Source: an uncultured Rhabdochlamydiaceae bacterium
Lineage (GTDB): Bacteria > Chlamydiota > Chlamydiia > Chlamydiales > Rhabdochlamydiaceae
NCBI GenBank assembly: GCA_963712275.1
Contig: CAVQHD010000001.1
Coordinates: 1,280,001-1,344,000 of the forward strand
Direction: 5' to 3'
DNA: 64,000 nt
Position numbers and translations under genes: made by a program
Notes under the pieces: model-generated
Databases searched by the model: none
Told to the model about the DNA's origin: nothing
The model's input: only the letters and a program-made list of their open reading frames with translations
Shown here: positions 1 to 9,893 of the stretch, one piece after another
How positions within the stretch are numbered: the first letter of the stretch is position 1
Layout of the letters: every line of letters starts with the position of its first letter

Positions 1-111
1 ATAAGTGAACAGGGGCGACAGGGTGTTTATCTTTAATCACTAAAATGCGGTCATTTTCAAAGACTTTCTCCGCCGGAAGAGCTCCTGCGATAATTTTCCC
101 AAAAATCGTTG

Positions 112-1014
112 TCATTTTAAAACCTTGTTTAAAGCTTTGATAGCATCTTCTTTTGTTTCCCACACAGAGATAAAACGGCCTTTGTGGCAAAAAATAGCTC
201 CCTGAATTCCGGAGGCTTGTTTGAGCTCATCATCCATGAGCCCGGCCCATGCCTCAGGAAGCGGACACCGAACTTTCATCCGATCCCGACTATTTGGAGG
301 AATCCCTCGAAGCTTCCAATGAGAGCCAGATGGCATAATGACGAAGAGGGCGGGGTGTTTTTCTCCTTCCATCTCAAAGAAGATATCCATCCAAGGCATT
401 GCTTGATCAAACACAAGCGTCTTCTGCGCTTTCTGCATCGCCTCTTCGACGGAGAGGCGGCACTGCTCGATATAATCCCAGCGCTCCAGCAGCCGCTCCA
501 AATGCCCTTTTGTAAAATCAACTGCTTCATCAAAAGCATGCCGCATTAGTGCTGGGGGAGGATCGTAGATCGGGGGAATAAAGTTCGAGATCACCTGTGA
601 AAAGGTGCAGACTCCAGCCTCAAACGTGACGCGGCCGTTATCATGGGCATCGACTCCCATTACAAGGGATTGATTGAAAAAATGAAACTTTTTTCGATCG
701 ATGATCCCTTGATCAAATAGGTAGAGCAGCACCATCCCAGCGCTGCTTAAATCCCCTGCGTAATCGACTTGATGGTGGTCAAACCGTTTTTGCAAGGGGT
801 CATAAAGGCCCCCTACATCACAGACGTATTCACAGTGCTGCAGCTCTTTCCTATCTCGAGTCCGGATAATCTGATCCCGATCGATCCGATTGAAAACAAG
901 CAGAAGCGCAGCTGCCGTTACTTCGTCTGCATGAAACGACCCGTCGTGTGTTCCTAGCGATCTTGCTCTCATAAAAAGGTCAGTATAACTGGAGCGGGTG
1001 GCAAAAGTCATCAT
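112..1014 (-). CDS. MYG1 (UPF0160) family nuclease/hydrolase
   Basis: GTHDGSFHADE, CDVGG..DP...FDHHQ, LSSAG, VDAHDNG and FCHKGRF motifs. Confidence 0.9.
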   Translation of the reverse strand: MMTFATRSSYTDLFMRARSLGTHDGSFHADEVTAAALLLVFNRIDRDQIIRTRDRKELQHCEYVCDVGGLYDPLQKRFDHHQVDYAGDLSSAGMVLLYLFDQGIIDRKKFHFFNQSLVMGVDAHDNGRVTFEAGVCTFSQVISNFIPPIYDPPPALMRHAFDEAVDFTKGHLERLLERWDYIEQCRLSVEEAMQKAQKTLVFDQAMPWMDIFFEMEGEKHPALFVIMPSGSHWKLRGIPPNSRDRMKVRCPLPEAWAGLMDDELKQASGIQGAIFCHKGRFISVWETKEDAIKALNKVLK

Positions 1015-1046
1015 CGATTTACGATAATTTTTCTTGATTTACTAGA

Positions 1047-1218
1047 GAGGTAGCTCGCAAAACTCAGGTTCAGTCGATTTTCGGGTTCTTTTGAACCGAT
1101 TTTCGATCCAAATTGCGGGGGTAATATCGACTTTCAGTATATTACCCCCGCAATTTGGATCGAAAATCGGTCAAAATAATCCCGAAAATCGACGAACCCT
1201 GAGTTTTGCAACTACCTC
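1047..1218. repeat. Long palindromic MITE-like element (family A, copy 1)
   Basis: About 80-bp imperfect inverted arms (GAGGTAG..GCAAAACTCAG / CTGAGTTTTGCAACTACCTC) around a short loop; TAGA on both flanks. Confidence 0.85.
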
Positions 1219-1301
1219 TAGAAGGTAATTTTGTGTAAAATATCCTCTTTATTTAATTGAAACACGATCAACAAGATAATTTTTTAATAAAAGGAGATGC
1301 T

Positions 1302-1613
1302 ATGGTTGCAGGCGTTCAAAATAGACCGTTAGTGATAGAAGGGCAGAGATTCATGTACACGCTGACAGAAAGAGTCTCAGATTTTTGTCCCGACAAAGTG
1401 CATAAAGTAGTGGTTTGTGCAGGAATTTTTCTGGGAGTCATTTCAGGCTTGGTCGTTGGCCCAAGCTTAATGTTTCTTGGTCATGAGGATGTACAAATCG
1501 CAGGAGTTGGGCTTACAGCTGGAGGAGCTGTTTTGTTAGGAGTTTGTGCATCCTGTTACATCAACCGTAAGGCTTCCGAGGCAGCTGAGCTGATGGCGGG
1601 GACTGATTTCTAA
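1302..1613 (+). CDS. Small Inc-like membrane protein (bilobed hydrophobic domain)
   Basis: AAGGAG SD before ATG 1302; two hydrophobic segments separated by a short loop. Confidence 0.6.
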   Translation: MVAGVQNRPLVIEGQRFMYTLTERVSDFCPDKVHKVVVCAGIFLGVISGLVVGPSLMFLGHEDVQIAGVGLTAGGAVLLGVCASCYINRKASEAAELMAGTDF

Positions 1614-1722
1614 GCGCTGTGCTAATTATTAAAGTCATTCATTCTTAAGTGCTTAAGATTTTCTTTCACGGGCTGGTTTGTTTTTTGAGCATAAAAATTG
1701 GATTTTGGTTTATCTTTTGAGC

Positions 1723-1800
1723 ATGAAAAGATTAATCGACTGGCACTTAATGGCTTGGAAAAACAAACCGCAAAGAAAGCCTTTGGTTCTCAATCGCGGG
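1723..1800 (+). pseudogene. N-terminal remnant of an AAA_14/DUF4143-type ATPase
   Basis: MKRLIDWHLMAWKNKPQRKPLVLNRG resembles the family N-terminus but breaks just before Walker A. Confidence 0.5.
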
Positions 1801-1920
1801 AAAAACCCTCCTTTTTCTAGACGAAATTCAATCTGCGCCTCAGGTTATTTTAGCCTTGCGTTTGCTCACCCGGACCAGAAGGAAGCCTTGTTAAGCCTTT
1901 TAACCTGATTTTTAAAAGAG

Positions 1921-2907
1921 TTATCCTTCAAAAAACTTTGCGAGTGTTTCTTTTCCTTTGACTTTATCGCAATCTTGTAGCTCTGCTGCAAGAACATCCC
2001 ATGAAGAGTATTTTGCAGGAATCCAGCCACGGATTATTGATGGTGTCAGTAGGGCGTTAGAAGAATTTGAGGGTTGAATTTCTCTTCCAGTTAACTTCTT
2101 AAAGCCCGAGCAAGGATTTTTTGCTAAAAGAGATGCGGCCATGTCCAAGATAAAGAAGAGTCGGTGTGCTTGACGATAAGGCGTCCAATTGTTTGCATGT
2201 GTTGAATACCAATTTGTAAAAATAAACAGTTTTTGACAGGCTTCCGAAAAAGACTCAATTTCATTAAATGCAGAAACAATATATCTAGTAATATCAAAGT
2301 CGTCTTTATAATGATTTAATATACGCTCTAGAAGTTGAGGCGATATCCATTGAATAAAAGCAGAGCCGTTATGAAGAAAATATCCATTTTTGACAGGGTG
2401 ATCAAAGAATTTTTCAAATGCAGTATCATCGAGCTGTCCTTCTGCATTTCGACGGTTGAGTTCGCAGATACTGGCTTGATCGTTACATCCGACTAAACCA
2501 AGCGGCATGAGGGTCAAAAATCTCTCTTTTTGACTCGGTGGCAGCTGCTTTCGAAAAGAATCTAATGTAGTTTTAAAATGACCTGACCAATTCTTATGGC
2601 ATAGGACTATTTCTGCTTTTGAGAATAATTCTTTTATCTTTTCATTTCCCTTGCCTTGAGGAAAACAGTCTTCGGGTGGTAGAAGAGGAAAATGCTTAAA
2701 AAATATTTTAGGAATCCTCTTTTGCATCGAGAGGTTAGATGTAATGAACCTCCTCTCATGTTCTTTTGATCGCCATTCATACCCTTCCGCTGTTGCAATG
2801 AGGGAGCCGAGTAGTTTTATCCGTTGATCTCTTCCTGCAAGTCCTTGCGGGCAAACCTCCAAGGAAGCTTCTATGGAAGATATGTTGTTTGTAATAGGTT
2901 GAGTCAT
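1921..2907 (-). CDS. Hypothetical protein, duplicate copy 1 (putative effector)
   Basis: 328 aa ORF with AAGGAG SD; nearly identical to 4639..5589. Confidence 0.75.
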   Translation of the reverse strand: MTQPITNNISSIEASLEVCPQGLAGRDQRIKLLGSLIATAEGYEWRSKEHERRFITSNLSMQKRIPKIFFKHFPLLPPEDCFPQGKGNEKIKELFSKAEIVLCHKNWSGHFKTTLDSFRKQLPPSQKERFLTLMPLGLVGCNDQASICELNRRNAEGQLDDTAFEKFFDHPVKNGYFLHNGSAFIQWISPQLLERILNHYKDDFDITRYIVSAFNEIESFSEACQKLFIFTNWYSTHANNWTPYRQAHRLFFILDMAASLLAKNPCSGFKKLTGREIQPSNSSNALLTPSIIRGWIPAKYSSWDVLAAELQDCDKVKGKETLAKFFEG

Positions 2908-2921
2908 TTGTTTCTCCTTTT

Positions 2922-4588
2922 GTAACAGTTCAGATACCCCCGCCTTCGGCAGGATAGGGGTATCTGAAAAAAATGGAAGAGGATTAAACGGCGATTAATA
3001 ACGGGACGACTTCTTGACGCACTTCTAATAGCCGTGGACAGCCTTTTATGGCCTCGGATAAAGCATCCCAGATATTCCAGCCCTGTTTTCGGGCTGTCGA
3101 TAAGTAGCTCCGAATACGACAAAAAATCTGGCCTCCTTTGGGAGTTCTAAAACAGCCTGCGATCTTTTGCTTGAGCTTTACCATACGAATATCCTGCTCT
3201 CCTTGATTGTTCGTAAAGGGTACTGCAAAATCGTACATGAAGAGGAGGACACTGCTACGGTACTCTTGGAACCGGTCCAGAAGGTTTTTACCATCCCTCT
3301 GCTTTTGCCTGCCTCGCTTGCCTTTAGGCAAGGGAGGCAGTCGCGAGTGATATTCAAGCCCCTCAGCAATAATTTGTGTATACGCCTGTTCTATCTGGTG
3401 TAAAACCTCTTTGGGAAGCACCCATTGAGCTAGATATTTCTCGACCTCATTTTTTGCAAAAATGAGAAGGTCTTTCATCCGTTTTGCCCAACCTTCTTTT
3501 TTTTCCTCATGTATGAATGTAAGCTCCCGCAAATGATGGGCATTGCACAGCCCATGCACAACCTGTTCGTAAGAAAAATAAGGAAACCAATGGTCATGGA
3601 TCGCTTTCCCTCGGAACTGGGATAAAATATTCGCCTCATCCATTGCTTCTTTCCCACGTTTGGAATGTATCATGTAGAAAGTCGACCATTGTGATGAGGT
3701 TACGTGAACCCAGTGAAGTTTTTTCTCACATCTCATCCCTGTTTCATCAAAATGCAGAATCTGTGCTGCTAACAGGTATACTTTTAGACTGCTCTCGAAC
3801 GATTCGAGCTTCTGAAAGAGCTTTTCGTCAACATTTGCACAAGTGCCTGGTGAAATAGCAATGCCAAAAATGTCCTCGAAGATTTCGCATACACGGTCAA
3901 CAGGTATAAAATGTTGATGGGCAAAGTAAGCTGTTAGTGCTTGAACTCTCTCTCCATATTGAACGGGGCCTCTAACATTCTCAGGGAAAGCTGCCCTATT
4001 GAACTCTCCACAACAAGGACATTGTTTTTCCAGAGCACGATGTTCTGTTACCTCGATTTTTGGTTGGGGTAAATCAAAGACTTGTCGCGCTTCAGTGCAA
4101 ACACCCGCTACTTGACTGAGACTCGATCCACATCCGTTACAGCTTGTAGGCGTATGAGTCACCACTAAATCAGGATTTGCGACTTGAGCAAGACCTTTTC
4201 CGACATGTCCTTGTTGTCCTCCTGGTTTTTTGCCCGATTGATTGCGTAGGCTTTTTGGCTTTCTCTTCAACCCATCGCTGCTAGGAGGTTTGCTACTATT
4301 GGAGCTGTTTTTCGATAGACGAGTTTCTAAATCTTGGACACGGGTTTCTAGCTGTTGTATGCGGATCTGCTGTTGCTGAATGGTTGCTTCGAGATAACGA
4401 ATATATGAACGGATCGACTCGGGCAATGAATCAAAAACTTCACCGGAAAGACTTGGTATCGAACCTGTCGAATAATTCATGCTAACATGGTATCAAAAAA
4501 CTCTTACGATGAAAAGTTAAATTTTATCTTCATGCCACTTTTCAGATGCCCCCTGTCTTGCCGAAGGCGGGGGTATCTGAACTGTTAC
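2922..4588 (-). mobile_element. IS66-family element (single-ORF, ISBst12-like)
   Basis: Terminal IRs start GTAA and are identical over 30 bp (GTAACAGTTCAGATACCCCCGCCTTCGGCA); encloses the transposase; no target duplication. Confidence 0.9.
2984..4480 (-). CDS. IS66 family transposase (TnpC-like)
   Basis: Coiled coil, NSSNSSKPPSSDG, GGQQGH, CxxC zinc finger, HFDETG, CNAHHLREL, FTNNQGEQDIR. Confidence 0.93.
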   Translation of the reverse strand: MNYSTGSIPSLSGEVFDSLPESIRSYIRYLEATIQQQQIRIQQLETRVQDLETRLSKNSSNSSKPPSSDGLKRKPKSLRNQSGKKPGGQQGHVGKGLAQVANPDLVVTHTPTSCNGCGSSLSQVAGVCTEARQVFDLPQPKIEVTEHRALEKQCPCCGEFNRAAFPENVRGPVQYGERVQALTAYFAHQHFIPVDRVCEIFEDIFGIAISPGTCANVDEKLFQKLESFESSLKVYLLAAQILHFDETGMRCEKKLHWVHVTSSQWSTFYMIHSKRGKEAMDEANILSQFRGKAIHDHWFPYFSYEQVVHGLCNAHHLRELTFIHEEKKEGWAKRMKDLLIFAKNEVEKYLAQWVLPKEVLHQIEQAYTQIIAEGLEYHSRLPPLPKGKRGRQKQRDGKNLLDRFQEYRSSVLLFMYDFAVPFTNNQGEQDIRMVKLKQKIAGCFRTPKGGQIFCRIRSYLSTARKQGWNIWDALSEAIKGCPRLLEVRQEVVPLLIAV

Positions 4589-4638
4589 GAAATTACTTGA
4601 TTAGAGGGAGTTTTGCAACTCCCTCAATAACCTACGAA

Positions 4639-5589
4639 TTATCCTTCAAAAAACTTGGCAAGTGTTTCTTTTCCTTTGGCTTTATCGCAATCTTCTAGAT
4701 CTGCTGCAAAAACATCCCATGAAGAGTATTTTGCAGGAATCCAGCTACGGATTATTGATGGTGTCAGTAGGGCGTTAGAAGAATTTGAGGATTGAATTTC
4801 TCTTCCAGTTAACTTCTTAAAGCCCGAGCAAGGATTTTTTGCTAAAAGAGATGCGGCCATGTCCAAGATAAAGAAGAGTCGGTGTGCTTGACGATAAGGC
4901 GTCCAACTGTTTGCATGTGTTGAATACCAATTTGCAAAAATAAACAGTTTTTGACAGGCTTCCGAAAAAGACTCAATTTCATTAAATGCAGAAACAATAT
5001 TTCCATTAATATGAAAGTTGTTTTGATAATGATTTAATATACGTTCTAGAAGTTGAGGCGATATCCATTGAATAAAAACAGAGCCGTTATAAAGAAAATA
5101 TCCATTTTTGACGGGGTGATCAAAGAATTTTTCAAATGTAGCATTATCGAGCTGTCCTTCTGCATTTCGACGGTTGAGTTCGCAGATACTGGCTTGATCG
5201 TCACATCCGACTAAATCAAGCGGCATGAGGGTCAAAAATCTCTCTTTTTGACTCGGTGGCAGCTGCTTTTGAAAAGAATCTAATGTAGTTTTAAAATAAC
5301 CTGACCAATTCTTACGGCATAGGACTATTTCTGCTTTTGAGAATAATTCTTTTATCTTTTCATTTCCCTTGCCTTGAGGAAAACAGTCTTCGGGTGGTAG
5401 AAGAGGAAAATGCTTAAAAAATATTTTAGAAATCCTCTCATGTTCTTTTGATCGCCATTCATACCCTTCCGCTGTTGCAATGAGGGAGCCGAGTAGTTTT
5501 ATCCGTTGATCTCTTCCTGCAAGTCCTTGCGGGCAAGCCTCCAAGGAAGCTTCTAGAGAAGATATGTTGTTTGTAATAGGTTGAGTCAT
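4639..5589 (-). CDS. Hypothetical protein, duplicate copy 2
   Basis: 316 aa, near-identical to 1921..2907 except a 36-bp indel; retains AT-rich upstream region. Confidence 0.75.
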   Translation of the reverse strand: MTQPITNNISSLEASLEACPQGLAGRDQRIKLLGSLIATAEGYEWRSKEHERISKIFFKHFPLLPPEDCFPQGKGNEKIKELFSKAEIVLCRKNWSGYFKTTLDSFQKQLPPSQKERFLTLMPLDLVGCDDQASICELNRRNAEGQLDNATFEKFFDHPVKNGYFLYNGSVFIQWISPQLLERILNHYQNNFHINGNIVSAFNEIESFSEACQKLFIFANWYSTHANSWTPYRQAHRLFFILDMAASLLAKNPCSGFKKLTGREIQSSNSSNALLTPSIIRSWIPAKYSSWDVFAADLEDCDKAKGKETLAKFFEG

Positions 5590-5674
5590 TTGTTTCTCCT
5601 TTTTTTATTAAAATTTTATAAATATAAACTATATTTTAATATAAAGTCCATTTGATAGCAAGTAATTATTTTAT

Positions 5675-6385
5675 TTAGGCTTGTAAAGAATAAAGATAGC
5701 TGAGCTGGCTGAGGGCGCAGAGGGCGGCAGTTTCTGCGCGCAATGTGTTGGGATGGAGCGAGATGCCGGTCGCTTGGAGGTTGGTTTCCAAGAAGAGGCG
5801 CTCTTCTGGGGAAAGCCCCTTTTCAGGGCCGATGACGATGATAAGAGGGGAGGAGTAGCTAGATTGGAGGGGTTTAGCAGCTGGTGAAAGCGACCCAAAA
5901 AGAAGGGTTGCATCGGGTTTGCTCCACTGATGGAGTGGGGGCTTAAGGAGGATGGAAGGGAGGTAGAGTCGCTTGCTCTGTTTGAGCGCGCTGATGACGA
6001 GGTGCTCCAGTCTGGGGAGTTGATGCGAGGAGAGGCTCTTTTTTTCACTTTGATCACCTGGGAAGAGCCAAAACTGGGTCGCTCCAAGCTCGGTTCCTTT
6101 TTCTAAAATCCAGTCGAGGAGAGAGGGTTTTGTCAGTCCTTGGGCTAGGATGATTTCAAAGGAAGGGGGCAGGGATTGGGTTTTTTTGTGGATTTCAAAG
6201 AGGGCCTCCGAGTCTTTGATCTGGGTCAGCTCAGCATTGGCAACTGTTCCTTGTCCATTGACGAGCTCGATGGTTTCTCCAGGGCGGATCCGCATCACGT
6301 GTTTGAGGTGATGAAACTCGGGGCCAGTCAGCACGGCTGTAGGAGACTGAAGAGGATCTTTAAGGAAGAATCGATGGACAGGCAT
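5675..6385 (-). CDS. rsmE: 16S rRNA m3U1498 methyltransferase RsmE
   Basis: HHLKHVMR, EKGTELG, IGPEKGLS..E, LRAETAA. Confidence 0.93.
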   Translation of the reverse strand: MPVHRFFLKDPLQSPTAVLTGPEFHHLKHVMRIRPGETIELVNGQGTVANAELTQIKDSEALFEIHKKTQSLPPSFEIILAQGLTKPSLLDWILEKGTELGATQFWLFPGDQSEKKSLSSHQLPRLEHLVISALKQSKRLYLPSILLKPPLHQWSKPDATLLFGSLSPAAKPLQSSYSSPLIIVIGPEKGLSPEERLFLETNLQATGISLHPNTLRAETAALCALSQLSYLYSLQA

Positions 6386-7538
6386 GTTGGATCATCTCCT
6401 TAGGGTGGGAAAAATGAAAGATGCGCAGTGCGCTTAAACGTTTGAAATGGCGCGAAAGATGAGGAAATTGAGAGAAGTTAATGACGAGCTTGAATCGGTA
6501 ATCAGCAGGAAAATGATCGGAATGTTCGTAAGGAATCACTTCACATGAGGAGCAGTTTATTGCTGTTGGAACGAAGGCTGTGAGTTGCTCCCTTGGATAG
6601 AGTTCTCGGAGTTTGGGGAGCCAGTCGAGGGCTTCAGGGTCGGTGCCAAAAATGAGGGCAACAGAATCGTGTCGAAACGGCTTTTTTAATCGGCCGGGCA
6701 GTTGTTGTTTCCATCGATTATGGATCCAGAGCCACTCATGAGGTCTTGCCTTGATGCTCTCTTCAAAAAGAGAGAGGACTTGGCTCATCATGGCGTCGGT
6801 ATTTTCTTGGGGTTCAATGGGGTTGCTATAGTGAATGAGGTATTTTCCGCTTTCGCGACGGATGGTGGCGACAATAATGGGACACCCTGTTCTTTTAGAG
6901 AGAAGGGCAGGGAGAGGAGAAGTCCACGCCTCTCTTCCAAGGAAGGGAGATGAAAATCCTGAATCAGGCATTCCTTGATCGCCGACGATGCCGAGAAATT
7001 TTCCAGCTTTTAATGCTTTGACACTAGCGCGATAAGCATTTTTAGGGGCGATGATAGTCCCTCCAAATTTTTCTCGAAGCCGAAGGGTCCAGTCATAAAG
7101 AAGATGGTTGTGAATGGGGCGGCCAATGGCAACGCCAGGCATTCGGCTGGTCCCCTCGAGGAAGAGAATTTCCCAGTTGGCTTGGTGGCCGCAGAAAAAA
7201 ATGACTCCTTTCCCTTGCTTAAGGAGGGAGGTTGCCACTTCTGGATTTTCGCAATGGGCAATGGAGGAGATCTTTTTTTCTCGGTAAAGGCGGGGGTATT
7301 CGAGGGTGATGATGGCCAAGTTTTGCAAAGAGGCTTTTGCAAGAGTGACGATTTGGCGGGGGGTGAGATTTAAAGCTGTGGCAAGCGCGAGGTTGGAGAG
7401 GGTTCTTTTTCGGTATTTGGGGTAGAGGTAATAGATTGTAAGGCCGATGACTTGGCCAAGTCTATGAAGCGTGGGGAAGGAGAGGAATTGTAGAGGATAG
7501 GTGAAAATCCGAAAGATCCAATAATTTAACCAAGACAT
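6360..7538 (-). CDS. lpxL: Lipid A late acyltransferase (HtrB/LpxL)
   Basis: GHQANWE, IVGDQ, P.EWLWIHNRWK. Confidence 0.88.
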   Translation of the reverse strand: MSWLNYWIFRIFTYPLQFLSFPTLHRLGQVIGLTIYYLYPKYRKRTLSNLALATALNLTPRQIVTLAKASLQNLAIITLEYPRLYREKKISSIAHCENPEVATSLLKQGKGVIFFCGHQANWEILFLEGTSRMPGVAIGRPIHNHLLYDWTLRLREKFGGTIIAPKNAYRASVKALKAGKFLGIVGDQGMPDSGFSSPFLGREAWTSPLPALLSKRTGCPIIVATIRRESGKYLIHYSNPIEPQENTDAMMSQVLSLFEESIKARPHEWLWIHNRWKQQLPGRLKKPFRHDSVALIFGTDPEALDWLPKLRELYPREQLTAFVPTAINCSSCEVIPYEHSDHFPADYRFKLVINFSQFPHLSRHFKRLSALRIFHFSHPKEMIQHACPSILP

Positions 7539-8674
7539 AGCTGACAGATCTTTTCAAGTTGAAGGGAATAATCTAGGTGGGCAATGGAGTCTCGAATGGC
7601 TCTTGCTCTAAGAAGCTCTTTCGGATGATCGAGAGCTTTTTCTAAGGCGGAGGCAAGTTCCTCGGGGTTTTGGGAATTTTCAAGGGTTATTCCTGAATGG
7701 GATTGCAAAACTTCGTGTCCTCCATTCATTTTAGAGGAGATGACAAAGAGTCCTAAGGCGAGCGCTTCGACAGTCACATTGGCAAAAGGGTCGTAGATCG
7801 AGGGGATGATGAGGGCATCCGAGGCGAGAAAAAAGGGTTTACTCGTTGGCACAGCTCCAAAGAAAGAGACTTGATTTTCAAGCTTGAGCTTTCGTGTAAG
7901 AGATTGGTAGAAAGGGAGCTTTTTATCAGAGCCTACAACGGAAAGGTGAAAGTTTTGATTGGAGCCCTTTGAGACAAGGGGCAGGGCTTGTAAGAGTGTC
8001 TTAAGACCCTTTCGCTCGAAATTATGTCCAACAAAAAGAAAGTGGAAAACAGAAGGGTTTAGGCCTAAGTTGTGAAGGTATTTTTTTCGATGAACCATCG
8101 AATCATTGAACTCCTCTTCAACCTCTTTCCATTCGACTCCATTGTGAATGATGTGAATTTTGGAAGGAGGAGTCTTGTAGTAGCTTAGAATTTGTTTTTT
8201 AACGAGTGCAGAATTTACGATAATCGCTTGTGTAGTCTCCGATTCAAAAGTGAGTTTTTCAAGTTTAAGATGCAGGCGATGAAGCGGGTTTAAGGCAAAA
8301 GAGACTTTCCTAAGCGGACCTTCGAGGAAGGAGCGGAGATCTAAATAGGCTGCATGGACGCCATTTCCTGCTCGGTGATGTGTTTGAATCGATCCTCGGT
8401 CCATGCTGAAGATGATATCGAAAGAGGAGGCGGAGAGCTTCTCTTTAGCCCACTGATCAAAAGCGTTGATCTGCCCTACTTGTAAAAATTTTGGTAAGAG
8501 TTTGTTTGGGCGGTAAGTGTAGGTGGGGCACGGAGGAGTTGCTGAAGAAGCGGTGAAAAAGGAAAGGTTAGCGCCTTTGTCTAGGAAGGCTTTTAAAAGA
8601 TGATGTGTCACTTTTTCTAAGCCGCCTGATACATGGAAGTCCCGCTTAATAAAGGCGACTTTACTTCGATTCAT
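7526..8674 (-). CDS. GT4 family glycosyltransferase (RfaG-like)
   Basis: GGLEK, IHNGV, FVGHNFERKG, YDPFANVTVEALALG. Confidence 0.88.
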   Translation of the reverse strand: MNRSKVAFIKRDFHVSGGLEKVTHHLLKAFLDKGANLSFFTASSATPPCPTYTYRPNKLLPKFLQVGQINAFDQWAKEKLSASSFDIIFSMDRGSIQTHHRAGNGVHAAYLDLRSFLEGPLRKVSFALNPLHRLHLKLEKLTFESETTQAIIVNSALVKKQILSYYKTPPSKIHIIHNGVEWKEVEEEFNDSMVHRKKYLHNLGLNPSVFHFLFVGHNFERKGLKTLLQALPLVSKGSNQNFHLSVVGSDKKLPFYQSLTRKLKLENQVSFFGAVPTSKPFFLASDALIIPSIYDPFANVTVEALALGLFVISSKMNGGHEVLQSHSGITLENSQNPEELASALEKALDHPKELLRARAIRDSIAHLDYSLQLEKICQLCLG

Positions 8675-9893
8675 GCGACACATCTTTGATATTGATATGA
8701 TTTTGGCTCAGCACCACCATCAGCTCGAGTTTCTCTGTTTGAGACTTAAACAATTGAAAACGGTTCATGTAGCTTCGAAATCGGTTACGTAAATACTCTT
8801 CTCTTTGTTTAGCAATCCCAGGATCGTCATGATGGTGTTCTTCATCGGAGAGAAGGATAGAGACGTACCGGTCTTCAAGTACCCGTGAATTTTGAAACTG
8901 GATGCACCAATCGAGTTGATTGTCTTTAGGATGAACGAGAATGGAGACTTGAATCATATCTTGAACAAGTTCGACAAAAAGGCGGCTTGCTCCTTTTGCA
9001 AATAAGGGTGTGCGTATCATAAACAGTCCATGAAACTGCTCAATTATACTATTCAGAGCGATGGAATACATCTCTGGGTTCAGTTGGCTGGTATACTCAG
9101 TAGGAAAAAAGAGAGCAATAGGAACAGGTCTTGCAATGGGATGAAGGTCAGACTTGACAAAATCGATTCGGAGTTCTTGTGCCTGAGGATCATCGATGAC
9201 GAGGGGCCGGTCTGTTAGAAAGGGGAGCTCAACTTGTTTCCACTCCTCGGGAACCCTAAATGAGATTTCATCGGATACAGATTCAGATTCTTCGAGCTCA
9301 TCACGAGAGATGTCATTGAGGTTGAAGGTGAGGTTAATTCCTTTAGCCTTGACCTGTTTAATTTTTTCCTCAGGTCCAGAGACGGTGAGTGAAAGGCGGT
9401 AGGGCCATACATCAAGAAATTGATAATCTCGAGGGGCTTCACCAATGGGATGAGTGACAATAACAGGAATTTTTTCTGTCACGAGCTTTGTGAAAGAAAT
9501 GGGAAGCCTTTGCAGCTGGGCTCGCTTGACGGTTTTGGAGAGATCAAAGTCGGGATTTAACGAGATCAGGTTTTTTTGTGAAATGGTGGCAATCCATTCT
9601 TCCGATTTGTCTGTTGCATCAAGAACAACTTCCAGATCATTCGATGTAAGATCCTTGAGATGATTTTTATTCCCTTGCAAGGAAATACTGATCCTTTTTG
9701 AAAGAACGCCGCAAGGAAGAAGGCCATCGACAGTCATTCCTGCCGGAATATTGATCAGCCGTACAGCGACATTCTCAACGGTCTTTGTTGTTGTAAGCGA
9801 GTGATTGACGATCAGCCAGAGAGAAATGGCCAGCAAGAGGGCAGTCACTTTTCGATCCCAATGATCTACAAAGAGATAGCGGAGAAAATTCAT
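8661..9893 (-). CDS. ybbR: YbbR/CdaR-like regulator of diadenylate cyclase
   Basis: N-terminal TM (K.TALLLAISLW), YbbR-like repeats, directly downstream of dacA. Confidence 0.8.
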   Translation of the reverse strand: MNFLRYLFVDHWDRKVTALLLAISLWLIVNHSLTTTKTVENVAVRLINIPAGMTVDGLLPCGVLSKRISISLQGNKNHLKDLTSNDLEVVLDATDKSEEWIATISQKNLISLNPDFDLSKTVKRAQLQRLPISFTKLVTEKIPVIVTHPIGEAPRDYQFLDVWPYRLSLTVSGPEEKIKQVKAKGINLTFNLNDISRDELEESESVSDEISFRVPEEWKQVELPFLTDRPLVIDDPQAQELRIDFVKSDLHPIARPVPIALFFPTEYTSQLNPEMYSIALNSIIEQFHGLFMIRTPLFAKGASRLFVELVQDMIQVSILVHPKDNQLDWCIQFQNSRVLEDRYVSILLSDEEHHHDDPGIAKQREEYLRNRFRSYMNRFQLFKSQTEKLELMVVLSQNHINIKDVSHESK

